From assembly GCA_905235625.1 (NCBI GenBank), contig CAJOLX010000001.1, positions 38,587 through 102,586 of the forward strand: a DNA stretch of 64,000 bases, written 5' to 3'. A program made the position numbers and the translations under genes. The notes beneath the pieces are model-generated. The model searched no databases. It worked only from the letters and a program-made list of their open reading frames with translations, and had not been told where the DNA came from. Shown piece by piece: positions 1 through 7,787 of this stretch. Origin of the DNA: an uncultured Clostridia bacterium (GTDB lineage: Bacteria; Bacillota; Clostridia; Oscillospirales; Acutalibacteraceae). Position 1 is the stretch's first letter. Each line of letters starts with the position of its first letter.

Positions 1-15
1 TGCAAAGACTTTGAA

Positions 16-402
16 ATGATAAGCGCCGAAAAGAGCTTCGGCTTTTTGATAATCGCGCTTGCGTTCGCGATAATGCTTGCGGTAAATCTCATCATTTGGA
101 TTAAAGGCATTCCCGTTGAGTATGACGAGGGCATGACCGAAAGAGTTGAAATTTATCACAAGGTCAAAAAAGGCGAAATTGACGTTGATTCTTTGCCGCA
201 GCCCGTTATTGAAACTGCCGCTACGAGAAAAATCGACGAAGAAATCGCTAAAGAAAAAGCGAACCTTCTGAAGCATAACGGCAAATCGGGCGATGAAGAG
301 CCGTTAAGCGAAGAAGAACCGGCGAGCGAAAAAAGCGACGAGGGCGACGCCGATAAATCCGGAGAGGAGGGTGACTGCGTTGGAAGAAAAGAAGAAGATT
401 GA
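16..402 (+). CDS. hypothetical small membrane protein (one N-terminal TM helix, acidic tail)
   Basis: 128-aa ORF; hydrophobic segment FGFLIIALAFAIMLAVNLIIWI followed by an E/D/S/K-rich tail; no family recognised; at the window edge, so the start is unverified. Confidence 0.45.
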   Translation: MISAEKSFGFLIIALAFAIMLAVNLIIWIKGIPVEYDEGMTERVEIYHKVKKGEIDVDSLPQPVIETAATRKIDEEIAKEKANLLKHNGKSGDEEPLSEEEPASEKSDEGDADKSGEEGDCVGRKEED

Positions 403-1858
403 CAAGGGCACTCTCATTTATCGGTCGGTAGTCATTATCCTCATTGCGATGTTTGTCGTTATCTTCGTTTACGGGCTTAACAAAGTGCTCGCGATGGAAG
501 GAACGCTGCCTCCCGTTATCAACGAAGAGGGCGTCGTCGCGGCTCCCGAAACCGCGCTGCAGGGCGCCGAGCTTTTGAACGAAACCTTCAAAAAAGCGAG
601 CGAGCTTTCGCCGAAGGTTCAGAGGAAAGATTCAATCTCCGTTGACGAGGACGAAATAGAAGTAAGCTCAACGGACGAAATGAAGCTTACTCTCGCGTTC
701 CTTGCGGACGGCTTTGAAGATAAAATCGAAGATTCCTTTGACGAGGAAGAAACCGATTACGGCGAAAAATTCAAAGCGAATATCATGGCGCCTCATCTTG
801 AAGCGGGCGACATTATCGAGCACACCTTCTATTATTGCGAAACCTGCGGCAAAACGAGCGACGAAATGAAAGAAAGCTGCGATGAATGCGGCAGCGAAGA
901 GCCCTATAAGCAAGACGCGCAGCAGGTTAAGTGCAGCTATATTTATTACACCTGCCGCAGCTGCGGCAAAAAGAGCGACGTGCCTAAAGACGAGTGCGAA
1001 ACCTGCGGCAGCGTATATCCTTATATCGAAAGATATTCCGATGAATACGAGGTTACTCTTTACGTTGACGAGAGCATTCTGGGCAAAACCTTTGACCCGA
1101 TGACAAAAGAAGAGGCGCTCGCCGTTATAGCCGACGAAATCGAAGGCAGGCTCACCGTTAAAGACTTTGATGTGAAATATGACGAGCTCAGAATTTTCTA
1201 TAAGGTAGAAAGGCTCACAAAAAGGCTCACTTATCTTGAATATTGCAGAGAAATGACTGTGACGGCAGACGTGAGCTTTGAAGGCGAGCTTGCTTCTCTC
1301 GGCGAGCAGACGTTCACGTTCCCTCTGACCGAGAAAAATAAATTCACCTTTACCTGGCCGAACGTGGAGCTTAACAAGCACGAAATGTCCGTTGAGCCCG
1401 GCAGCACCGACAATCTGCTCGCAACTCTTACCTGCGCGGACCCCGCGACGCAGAGCGTTATCTGGTCGTCGTCCGATGAAAACGTGCTGACCATTGACGA
1501 GGAAGGCTACATCAAGGCGGGCAAAGAGGCAGGCACGGCTATCGTAACCGCCGAAATGATGTTTATGGGCGAAAGATATTCCGATTGCTGCACCGTTAAC
1601 GTTAGGCATTCGGTTGAGTCCATCAGCATAAGCGACAGAAAGATTACCGTAAATCAGGGCGAAACCTTCACCCTCACCGCGACTCCCGCGCCGAAAAAAG
1701 CAACGGTAAAAACCGTTACGTGGTACACCGAAGACGAAAATATCGCCTGGGTCAACAGCGATGGCGAGGTTATCGGAGCTTCAAAGGGTGTTACTCACGT
1801 TTACGCTCTCTCGGATGACGGATATTACAAAACATCTTGTGAGGTGACTGTAATTTGA
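371..1858 (+). CDS. membrane-anchored protein with two zinc-ribbon-like CxxC..CxxC modules and two C-terminal Big_2-type Ig-like domains
   Basis: GTG start after GGAGAGGAGG; TM helix LIYRSVVIILIAMFVVIFVYGL; CETCG..CDECG and CRSCG..CETCG; two repeats resembling bacterial Ig-like group 2 (..VIWSSSDENVLTIDEEGYIKAGKEAGTAIVTA.. and ..VTWYTEDENIAWVNSDGEVIGASKGVTHVYA..). Confidence 0.65.
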   Translation: MTALEEKKKIDKGTLIYRSVVIILIAMFVVIFVYGLNKVLAMEGTLPPVINEEGVVAAPETALQGAELLNETFKKASELSPKVQRKDSISVDEDEIEVSSTDEMKLTLAFLADGFEDKIEDSFDEEETDYGEKFKANIMAPHLEAGDIIEHTFYYCETCGKTSDEMKESCDECGSEEPYKQDAQQVKCSYIYYTCRSCGKKSDVPKDECETCGSVYPYIERYSDEYEVTLYVDESILGKTFDPMTKEEALAVIADEIEGRLTVKDFDVKYDELRIFYKVERLTKRLTYLEYCREMTVTADVSFEGELASLGEQTFTFPLTEKNKFTFTWPNVELNKHEMSVEPGSTDNLLATLTCADPATQSVIWSSSDENVLTIDEEGYIKAGKEAGTAIVTAEMMFMGERYSDCCTVNVRHSVESISISDRKITVNQGETFTLTATPAPKKATVKTVTWYTEDENIAWVNSDGEVIGASKGVTHVYALSDDGYYKTSCEVTVI

Positions 1859-3462
1859 GTGAAAATCAAAACTCCGCCGAAAAAAGGACTTTGACCGATA
1901 ACATTTTCGGCGCCGAAGACAATTCGGCTGCAAGTATTAAAAAAGACAGCCTCGGCAAATACAGCAACCTCGCCGTAAAGATGTTTCACACGGGCGTTCT
2001 TTCGCCCAAAGAAATGTTTTATCCTGCGCTCGGAGAATTTGCCGCAAAGCTCGTTAAGGGCCTTTCCGTTTACAGAACGCTCTATTTTGTAAACGTGCTT
2101 AAAATAGATATGACCTACGTCACCGTTATTCTGACTCTCATATCTATTTACGATATGCTCAACAACCCCCTCATGGGCGCCGTTTACGACCGCACGAGAA
2201 CAAGGTGGGGCAAGGCAAGGCCTTACATCGTCTTTTCCGCTTTTCCCTATTTCCTGTCAACGATAGTGCTTTATTCGGGCGCAATGTTTTTGGGCGACAG
2301 AGCGGGGGACGACCCCAGAAAGATCATATTCATTTTTGTTATGCTGTTCATTCAGGAAACGTTTTCCACGATTTACAGCATTCCGAGAGATAACCTTGCA
2401 ACCCTTCAGACCGCCTGCCCGGACGACAGAATTAAGGTAGGCCTTCTCAAAAACTACATAGGCGAGCTCGGCTCACAGGCGATTTACGCCATTTTTCTCC
2501 CGCTTATGGAGCTCAACAACAAGGGCTACATCAACGTTTCTCTCCCCACTATTTTCTTCATCCTTTCGTCAATAACGGGCATTATCGGCTGCGTGAGCAA
2601 CATCGCGATGGCAATAGGCTGCAAAGAGAGAATTCTGCTTCAGCCGAAGCCGGCGCCGATAAACAAATCCATATTCTACATTCTCAAAAACAAATACGCT
2701 CTGCGCAATTTCATCGCAAACTTTGCGGTAAGCTGGTGGAGCGAGGGCGGCTATTCCTGGGACGTTGTCACTCAGCAGGAGATTTTCGGCGGCTCGATTC
2801 CGTCAATGATAGCCTATATGCCCTATAACGTTTTTGACACTCTGAGCATAACCTTTATACCGAAATTCCAAAAGATATTTAAACGCAACAACAGAAACGC
2901 CGTTATAGCTCTCAGGCTCTGGGATTTGCTCTGCAACGTCGGAATGTGCATTTTCGGCATACCGAACGTTGACAAAAAATGGACCATGGTCGGCATTTAT
3001 GCTCTGTTTTACGGCATAAACGGTCTTAATAACGGCCCCGCAAATGTGTTTGAAGCGGAGCTTTCAAGAGAAATCAACGACTACACGGAATTCGTTACGG
3101 GCGAACGGCCGGACGGCACTTTCCATATCTTAACGGATTTGATAACGAAGGTGACCTCGCCGCTGAACGCTCTGCTCACGATAAAGCTGTTTAAATGGAC
3201 CGGCTATGACTCAACTCTCGATATTCTTCCCTGGGCGCAGGGGAGCAAGGTGATTTATCAAAAGGTGTTCTTCCTGTTTATAGGCATCAACATCTTCCCC
3301 AAAATTGTGAAGATGATTCCTTATTTATTCTATGACCTCACCGGCGAAAAGCGCGAGCAGATGTATATAGCCCTTAACGAAAGGCGCGCGCTCATGGCAA
3401 AAGAGGACGATATAAACGAAGAACTCGAGCAGATAATAACAGTCCTCGACGACGCGCAGTGA
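1855..3462 (+). CDS. GPH/MFS_2-family (glycoside-pentoside-hexuronide-like) transporter
   Basis: 535 aa, polytopic; GPH-type motif YDMLNNPLMGAVYDRTRTRWGKARPY and C-terminal INDYTEFVTGERPDG; TTG start overlaps the upstream stop (TTGA). Confidence 0.75.
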   Translation: MSENQNSAEKRTLTDNIFGAEDNSAASIKKDSLGKYSNLAVKMFHTGVLSPKEMFYPALGEFAAKLVKGLSVYRTLYFVNVLKIDMTYVTVILTLISIYDMLNNPLMGAVYDRTRTRWGKARPYIVFSAFPYFLSTIVLYSGAMFLGDRAGDDPRKIIFIFVMLFIQETFSTIYSIPRDNLATLQTACPDDRIKVGLLKNYIGELGSQAIYAIFLPLMELNNKGYINVSLPTIFFILSSITGIIGCVSNIAMAIGCKERILLQPKPAPINKSIFYILKNKYALRNFIANFAVSWWSEGGYSWDVVTQQEIFGGSIPSMIAYMPYNVFDTLSITFIPKFQKIFKRNNRNAVIALRLWDLLCNVGMCIFGIPNVDKKWTMVGIYALFYGINGLNNGPANVFEAELSREINDYTEFVTGERPDGTFHILTDLITKVTSPLNALLTIKLFKWTGYDSTLDILPWAQGSKVIYQKVFFLFIGINIFPKIVKMIPYLFYDLTGEKREQMYIALNERRALMAKEDDINEELEQIITVLDDAQ

Positions 3463-3487
3463 GCGTAAAATCAAAAATTGTTATAAT

Positions 3488-3519
3488 AAAATCCTGTCGG
3501 CTTTTCCGGCAGGATTTTT
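3488..3519 (+). terminator. rho-independent terminator
   Basis: aaaatcctgtcgg / ccggcaggatttt hairpin followed by a T-run, 26 nt after the stop at 3462. Confidence 0.7.
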
Positions 3520-3681
3520 ATATGTTTGTTTTGTTTGCGCGAAAACTCACTCACTCCGCTGCTCCTCCTCTCCCCAAAAAGTCTGCGACTTTTCGGGGAC
3601 CCCGTATTTGTTGGGTCAGGGGTTCGACATTTCTACGAGAGCATAAATAAAAATCCACCCGCTTTGCGGATGGATTTTTAT

Positions 3682-3706
3682 TGGCGCGCTTGAAGGGACT
3701 CGAACC
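3682..3706 (-). pseudogene. tRNA-Arg 3'-end fragment (25 nt identical to 4161-4185, including CCA)
   Basis: tggcgcgcttgaagggactcgaacc is identical to the 3' end of the intact tRNA-Arg. Sequence beyond it cannot form a T-stem. It is preceded by its own terminator-like hairpin (3652-3679), mirroring the real gene. Confidence 0.8.
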
Positions 3707-3877
3707 TCGTCGTCGCAAGCTCCGTATCGCTCGTTTCCGCGCCTATCAAGAGTTTGTTTGCGCGAAAACTCACTCGCTCCGCTGCTCCTCCTCTCCCCAA
3801 AAAGTCTGCGACTTTTCGGGGACCCCGTAATTGTTTGGGTCAGGGGTTCGATTGCGCTGTTAATGTGTAAAAAAGAA

Positions 3878-3898
3878 GCGCTTGAAGGGACTCGAACC
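3878..3898 (-). pseudogene. tRNA-Arg 3'-end fragment (21 nt, lacks the CCA-proximal 4 nt)
   Basis: gcgcttgaagggactcgaacc is identical to 4165-4185; the flank is the same as for the 3682 copy. Confidence 0.75.
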
Positions 3899-3940
3899 TC
3901 GTCGTCGCAAGCTTCGTATCGCTCGTTTTCGGTAAAGAAA

Positions 3941-4120
3941 AAGTGATATATCTCGCTTTCGCTCGATGTTATATGTTTGCCCTGCGGCAAACGCGATATT
4001 TTTCGCTGACGCGAAAAGCGATATTATATTCGCCGTAAACTGCGCGCAGCGCAATATCACTCGCATAGCGAATATAACTGAGCAAAGCTCAATATAACTC
4101 GCCGAAGGCGAATATAACTG
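3941..4120 (-). repeat. array of short GC hairpins separated by a conserved AT-rich word (ATATAAC / GATATT)
   Basis: tttgcc-ctgc-ggcaaa, tttcgc-tgac-gcgaaa, tgcgc-gca-gcgca, tcgc-ata-gcga, tgagc-aaa-gctca and tcgcc-gaa-ggcga, each flanked by (a)atataac/gatatt; the last three units have a 21-22 nt period. Confidence 0.7.
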
Positions 4121-4157
4121 AAAGGAACCTGATTTGCTGAACAAATCAGGTTCCTTT
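4121..4157 (-). terminator. hairpin terminator of the tRNA-Gly/tRNA-Arg operon
   Basis: 15-bp perfect stem aaaggaacctgattt / aaatcaggttccttt immediately 3' of tRNA-Arg; the U-tract is weak. Confidence 0.55.
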
Positions 4158-4160
4158 CTT

Positions 4161-4237
<77 letters not shown>

Positions 4238-4244
4238 ATGTTTA

Positions 4245-4319
4245 TGGAGCGGGTGATGGGAATCGAACCCACACAGCCAGCTTGGAAGGCTGGAATTCTA
4301 ACCATTGAACTACACCCGC
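4245..4319 (-). tRNA. tRNA-Gly (anticodon UCC), CCA encoded
   Basis: Reverse complement GCGGGTGTAGTTCAATGGTTAGAATTCCAGCCTTCCAAGCTGGCTGTGTGGGTTCGATTCCCATCACCCGCTCCA; anticodon loop CTTCCAA. Confidence 0.93.
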
Positions 4320-4336
4320 ACTTTTGAATGCACTGT

Positions 4337-4365
4337 ATTTTAACACAGGCGTTTTAAAAAGTCAA
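4337..4365 (-). promoter_or_regulatory. sigma-70-type promoter of the tRNA operon
   Basis: Minus strand reads TTGACT, 17 nt, TAAAAT, about 18 nt upstream of the tRNA-Gly 5' end. Confidence 0.6.
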
Positions 4366-4456
4366 TCTTTTTACTTTTCTTTTTTTATTTTATATCTTTA
4401 ATTTTGTCACTCTTGCCGATTATGCTGCCCAAAAGTGAAAAAATAGATAAAAAAAC

Positions 4457-4485
4457 TTGAATCAGAGCCCTATTTTATGTATAAT
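4457..4485 (+). promoter_or_regulatory. sigma-70-type promoter for the 4558 transporter gene
   Basis: TTGAAT, 17 nt, TATAAT. Confidence 0.55.
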
Positions 4486-4557
4486 TTTACCGTATTGTTT
4501 GCTCAAATCCATGCCGCAACGGATTAGATCCGCAATATAATTACGGGAGGATATTTT

Positions 4558-6342
4558 ATGGCGAATATCAAGGGCAAGGTCGGCGGCGTCTACAGGGATA
4601 TACGCGATCACTGGAAAGAGCCTGCCGAAGGCAAATACGTGCCTTACAGGGAATATAAAGACATATTCCTTGCCGTAGGCTTCAACTATTCGGGCAACAA
4701 AACGCTCGAATACATAGTGTTTGCGTCATCGTGCTATCTGATGATGTATCACTATAAGCTGCCTTATCTTACTTTTTCCATTATCAACATCATAAATATG
4801 CCGCTTAACTATATCTGGACTATGATGACGTGGTATATCGCGGATAACCTCGGCTTTCTCAAGAAAAAGACCGAGCGCAAGTTTTATCTCGTCTATATGC
4901 TCCTGTTTATAATCGGGCTTTTAATGATAATTTTTGACCCGTCCGCGCTTTTAAATCAAAGCGGCAGGGTAGTCACTTACATGAATTCGCTCGAAGGCAT
5001 AACCTGCGCCTCGGCGTTTAAAATTCTCGGCACTCATCTGCTCTGGAACGGCTGGTTCGGCGCGAGAAACATTTTCTGGCGCAAAAAGCTAATCCCCAAA
5101 TTCGGCAGATATAAATACAGCCTTTATTGCAACGCCGTGCCGAAATGCATTTCCGTTATCCTTATCGGCTGGCTCCCGTTTTACAATATTCCCGACGTTG
5201 CAACGAGAGTGTGGGTGGCAAACCTTATGTTTGCGATTTTCAACCTCTTCCCGTTTGACAACTGCCTTGAGATATGCGCTCAAAACATCAGCCCTAACGT
5301 TAGAGAAAGAATTTGGGTGCGCACGTTCCCCATAAAGCTTTCGCATTTTCTTAATTCAATCGTCGCAATTCTGCTGCCCGTGTTTATCGGTATGCTCCGT
5401 TACGAATGGGCGGATATAAACCTCTATAAATATATCATCCCCGGTTTCTTCACCTTCTGCGTTGTGATAACGATGCTGTTTTCGGGCAGAATTAAAGAGA
5501 GAATTCCTCAGCCGCCGCTCGAAAAGAAGGTTTCCATAAGCTTCTGGGACGGTATGTTCGGCGTTATGCGCAACAAATACAAGTGGATAAACACAATAGT
5601 CGGTCTGCTTGACTCTCTCGGAAACGGCATGCTTCCGTTTGCGACCATACTTTATCTTTACACGTTCAGGCTCAGCGGCCTCATATATTCGCTGCTCGTT
5701 GCGCTTGTTTCGTTTGCCGGCACTCCTCCGGATTTCTTCTCGCCTTATTTCCTCAAACGCTTCTCTTACAAGCAGCTAATGATATTCTATCAGCTCTCGA
5801 GGGCGATAGGCAATTCGGCGATAGTTCTTGCGCTCGTCTTCCTCGGCGGCAAAGTCAATCTCTGCGGCACGGTCTGCGTTATAGTACTCATCTTTATGGA
5901 GATGACAAAGACCATTCCCGTAACGGCAGGCCACGATATGGATATACGTATCAACGACTATCAGATGTATCTTTCGGGCGAACGCCTTGAAAGCTTTTCC
6001 GGCATATTCGGCTGGTTCACGGGCCCCATCACTTCATTCGTTGGCCTTATTATCCCCATTATGCTTCTCAAATACGGCTTTAACAGCAACTGGGACGTGC
6101 TTTTCCTCGATGCGTCGAGAATTCACATAGTCGTAATTCCCATAATAATCGACATTGTCGGCTACCTTCTTATGACAATTCCTTATCTTTTCTGGGATTA
6201 TGACGATTATAAGCAGTCAATGGTTATGGAAGTGCTCAAGGCGCGCGAAAGAGTGACAAACGGCAGCCTTGACGGTTCCGAGGGCGAAAAGGAGCCGGAG
6301 CTCACCGAAGCGCAGGCTCAGGAAAGCGGGGTGAGCGTGTGA
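4558..6342 (+). CDS. divergent GPH/MFS-like polytopic membrane transporter
   Basis: 594 aa with about 12 hydrophobic segments; C-terminal INDYQMYLSGERLESFSG resembles the GPH motif of the 1855 gene, but the N-terminal D..NP..G...DR motif is not evident; RBS GGGAGGA. Confidence 0.6.
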   Translation: MANIKGKVGGVYRDIRDHWKEPAEGKYVPYREYKDIFLAVGFNYSGNKTLEYIVFASSCYLMMYHYKLPYLTFSIINIINMPLNYIWTMMTWYIADNLGFLKKKTERKFYLVYMLLFIIGLLMIIFDPSALLNQSGRVVTYMNSLEGITCASAFKILGTHLLWNGWFGARNIFWRKKLIPKFGRYKYSLYCNAVPKCISVILIGWLPFYNIPDVATRVWVANLMFAIFNLFPFDNCLEICAQNISPNVRERIWVRTFPIKLSHFLNSIVAILLPVFIGMLRYEWADINLYKYIIPGFFTFCVVITMLFSGRIKERIPQPPLEKKVSISFWDGMFGVMRNKYKWINTIVGLLDSLGNGMLPFATILYLYTFRLSGLIYSLLVALVSFAGTPPDFFSPYFLKRFSYKQLMIFYQLSRAIGNSAIVLALVFLGGKVNLCGTVCVIVLIFMEMTKTIPVTAGHDMDIRINDYQMYLSGERLESFSGIFGWFTGPITSFVGLIIPIMLLKYGFNSNWDVLFLDASRIHIVVIPIIIDIVGYLLMTIPYLFWDYDDYKQSMVMEVLKARERVTNGSLDGSEGEKEPELTEAQAQESGVSV

Positions 6343-7445
6343 GCAAAAAGAATAAAGAGGCTGATTCCGCCGCGAAAATCGAGCGCGAAATCACCGCCGT
6401 GCCCGACAGCGAAGCGTGGACTTACCACGTGGACGGCCTTAAAGCTCCCGTAATCGGCGTGCCCGTTAAAAACGCCAAAATCAAAAAGGTTACAGTCGTT
6501 ATCGTTTTGCTCGTCGCCATAAGCCTGTCAATGCTCTTTTCCATAAGGGCCATACACAGCGACATTTACAATTACGAAGAGCTTGAAAACGGCTGGGAGT
6601 TTGTAAAATTCAGCAACCCCGGCACCGTTACGGAGCTGAGCATTGATTACGCTTTCGGCGAGAAAGACAAGCCGATAACCGAGGTTCACGAATACGCTCT
6701 CAACTGCGACGACAAAATAGTAACGATAAACATCGGCAAGGACGTTGAGAAAATTGACGGCAAGTCGTTTTACAGCGTGTGGAACCTTCAAAATATCTTC
6801 GTTGATGAAGAAAACGAATATTACCGCGACCTTGACGGCGTGCTTTATAACAAAGACTTAACCGAGGTCATCTGCTATCCGATAGACCACGACGCTTATC
6901 TCAGAAGCAAAGCGGGCTACGAGGAAGAGCTTTGGCCCGATAACGATAAATATGACGAGGCTTACGAGCAGGCGGTAAGGACCTACAAGCTGCCCGAAAC
7001 AGTAACAAAAGTGGGCGACCTTGCGTTTAACTACGCAAACCTTGTCACGGTTTACCTGCCCGAAGGCTTAAAGAGCATAGGCACTCTCTCGTTTTTTAAA
7101 GCTACGAGCCTTGAAAACGTAATCTCTTACAAGGGCGAAGAAACTTACGTTTCGCTGCCCGAAGGGCTTGAAACTATCGGCTCCGACGCTTTCAGCTACA
7201 ATCAGGCAATGGAATATATGTTCATTCCGTCAAGCGTTAAGGAAATAGGCCACCATGCTTTCTGGGACACGGTCTATAAAAAGAGCGGCGAGCTCAAAGG
7301 CATTTCCGTTATGAACGTTGCCGTTTCCGAAGAAGAATTCAATTCCTCCGTTAAAGCCGGCGACCACTGGATTCCCAATTACGACTATAATCTCTTCAAG
7401 AAAAACATCGAAATAAATTATTCGTGCGAAAGAGAAGCAGGATAA
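6339..7445 (+). CDS. membrane-anchored leucine-rich-repeat (BspA/LRR_5-type) surface protein
   Basis: GTG start overlaps the upstream stop (GTGA); TM helix VTVVIVLLVAISLSMLFSI; repeated ..IP.SV..IG..AF.. units typical of BspA-like LRRs. Confidence 0.65.
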   Translation: MSKKNKEADSAAKIEREITAVPDSEAWTYHVDGLKAPVIGVPVKNAKIKKVTVVIVLLVAISLSMLFSIRAIHSDIYNYEELENGWEFVKFSNPGTVTELSIDYAFGEKDKPITEVHEYALNCDDKIVTINIGKDVEKIDGKSFYSVWNLQNIFVDEENEYYRDLDGVLYNKDLTEVICYPIDHDAYLRSKAGYEEELWPDNDKYDEAYEQAVRTYKLPETVTKVGDLAFNYANLVTVYLPEGLKSIGTLSFFKATSLENVISYKGEETYVSLPEGLETIGSDAFSYNQAMEYMFIPSSVKEIGHHAFWDTVYKKSGELKGISVMNVAVSEEEFNSSVKAGDHWIPNYDYNLFKKNIEINYSCEREAG

Positions 7446-7458
7446 AACACTTAAAAAC

Positions 7459-7496
7459 GCAGGGCGCGGGCATAAAAACTTGCGCCCTGCGCTTTT
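7459..7496 (+). terminator. rho-independent terminator
   Basis: gcagggcgc / gcgccctgc stem followed by gctttt. Confidence 0.65.
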
Positions 7497-7711
7497 AGCG
7501 AAGAGAGAAAGGAGAAGAGTCTTCGACGAGAACAATTTTTATATAAATATTCGGCGATAGCCCCTTACAAAATCGGTTCAGCACCCATAAGGGCTTTCGT
7601 ATTAAGATGAAGACGGCGTTTTCTTTGCCCGAAGACAGTATCGAGATACGGCGAGGGCAAAAAAACGTCGAAAAACGAAAATATGAACATGGAATTGCAA
7701 AATATGTAAAA

Positions 7712-7751
7712 GAAAAAAAGAAGAGCGCAGATTTCAAAATCCACGCTCTTC
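7712..7751 (-). terminator. rho-independent terminator for the 7788-9251 gene
   Basis: gaagagcg / cgctcttc stem with a T-run on the minus strand. Confidence 0.6.
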
Positions 7752-7787
7752 TATATTTATCCATATCTTTTTCGTTTTGTTCTTCGC

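Larger units (their letters stand above)
3531..3932. repeat. two tandem repeat units (about 3531-3740 and 3754-3932) carrying tRNA-Arg-derived fragments in both orientations
   Basis: Near-identical blocks ttgtttgcgcgaaaactcactc..ccccaaaaagtctgcgacttttcgggg..tgggtcaggggttcga (3531-3627 / 3754-3851) and gcgcttgaagggactcgaacctcgtcgtcgcaagctYcgtatcgctcgttt (3686-3736 / 3878-3928). Confidence 0.85.

Noticed and set aside
668-1609. 313-aa antisense ORF inside the Big_2/zinc-ribbon gene. Similar long antisense ORFs occur at 9846-10610, 13144-14112, 25632-26216, 41333-41899, 47028-47588 and 61936-62502.
   Set aside because: Each lies wholly inside a well-supported gene on the other strand. They have Arg/Ala/Gly-rich, low-information translations with no motifs and no RBS, which is typical of stop-poor antisense frames.
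3616-3990. 124-aa minus-strand ORF (with small plus-strand ORFs at 3459-3650 and 3758-3946) spanning the tRNA-fragment repeats; the repeated peptide is ERY(E/G)ACDDEVRVPSSA.
   Set aside because: It is composed of tRNA-derived and hairpin repeat sequence. The other repeat block has a 223-nt period (not a multiple of 3), so the copies are read in different frames. There is no RBS, so it is most likely noncoding.
3531-4160. Possible CRISPR array.
   Set aside because: There are only two long (~200 bp) units and a set of non-identical ~21-nt hairpin units. There is no constant repeat alternating with unique spacers, and there are no cas genes in the window.
7497-7712. An unusually long (~215 bp) spacer between the two convergent terminators; checked for a small gene or sRNA.
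   Set aside because: There is no ORF with an RBS and start codon, no promoter-like hexamers with proper spacing, and only weak hairpins. Nothing is supportable from sequence alone.
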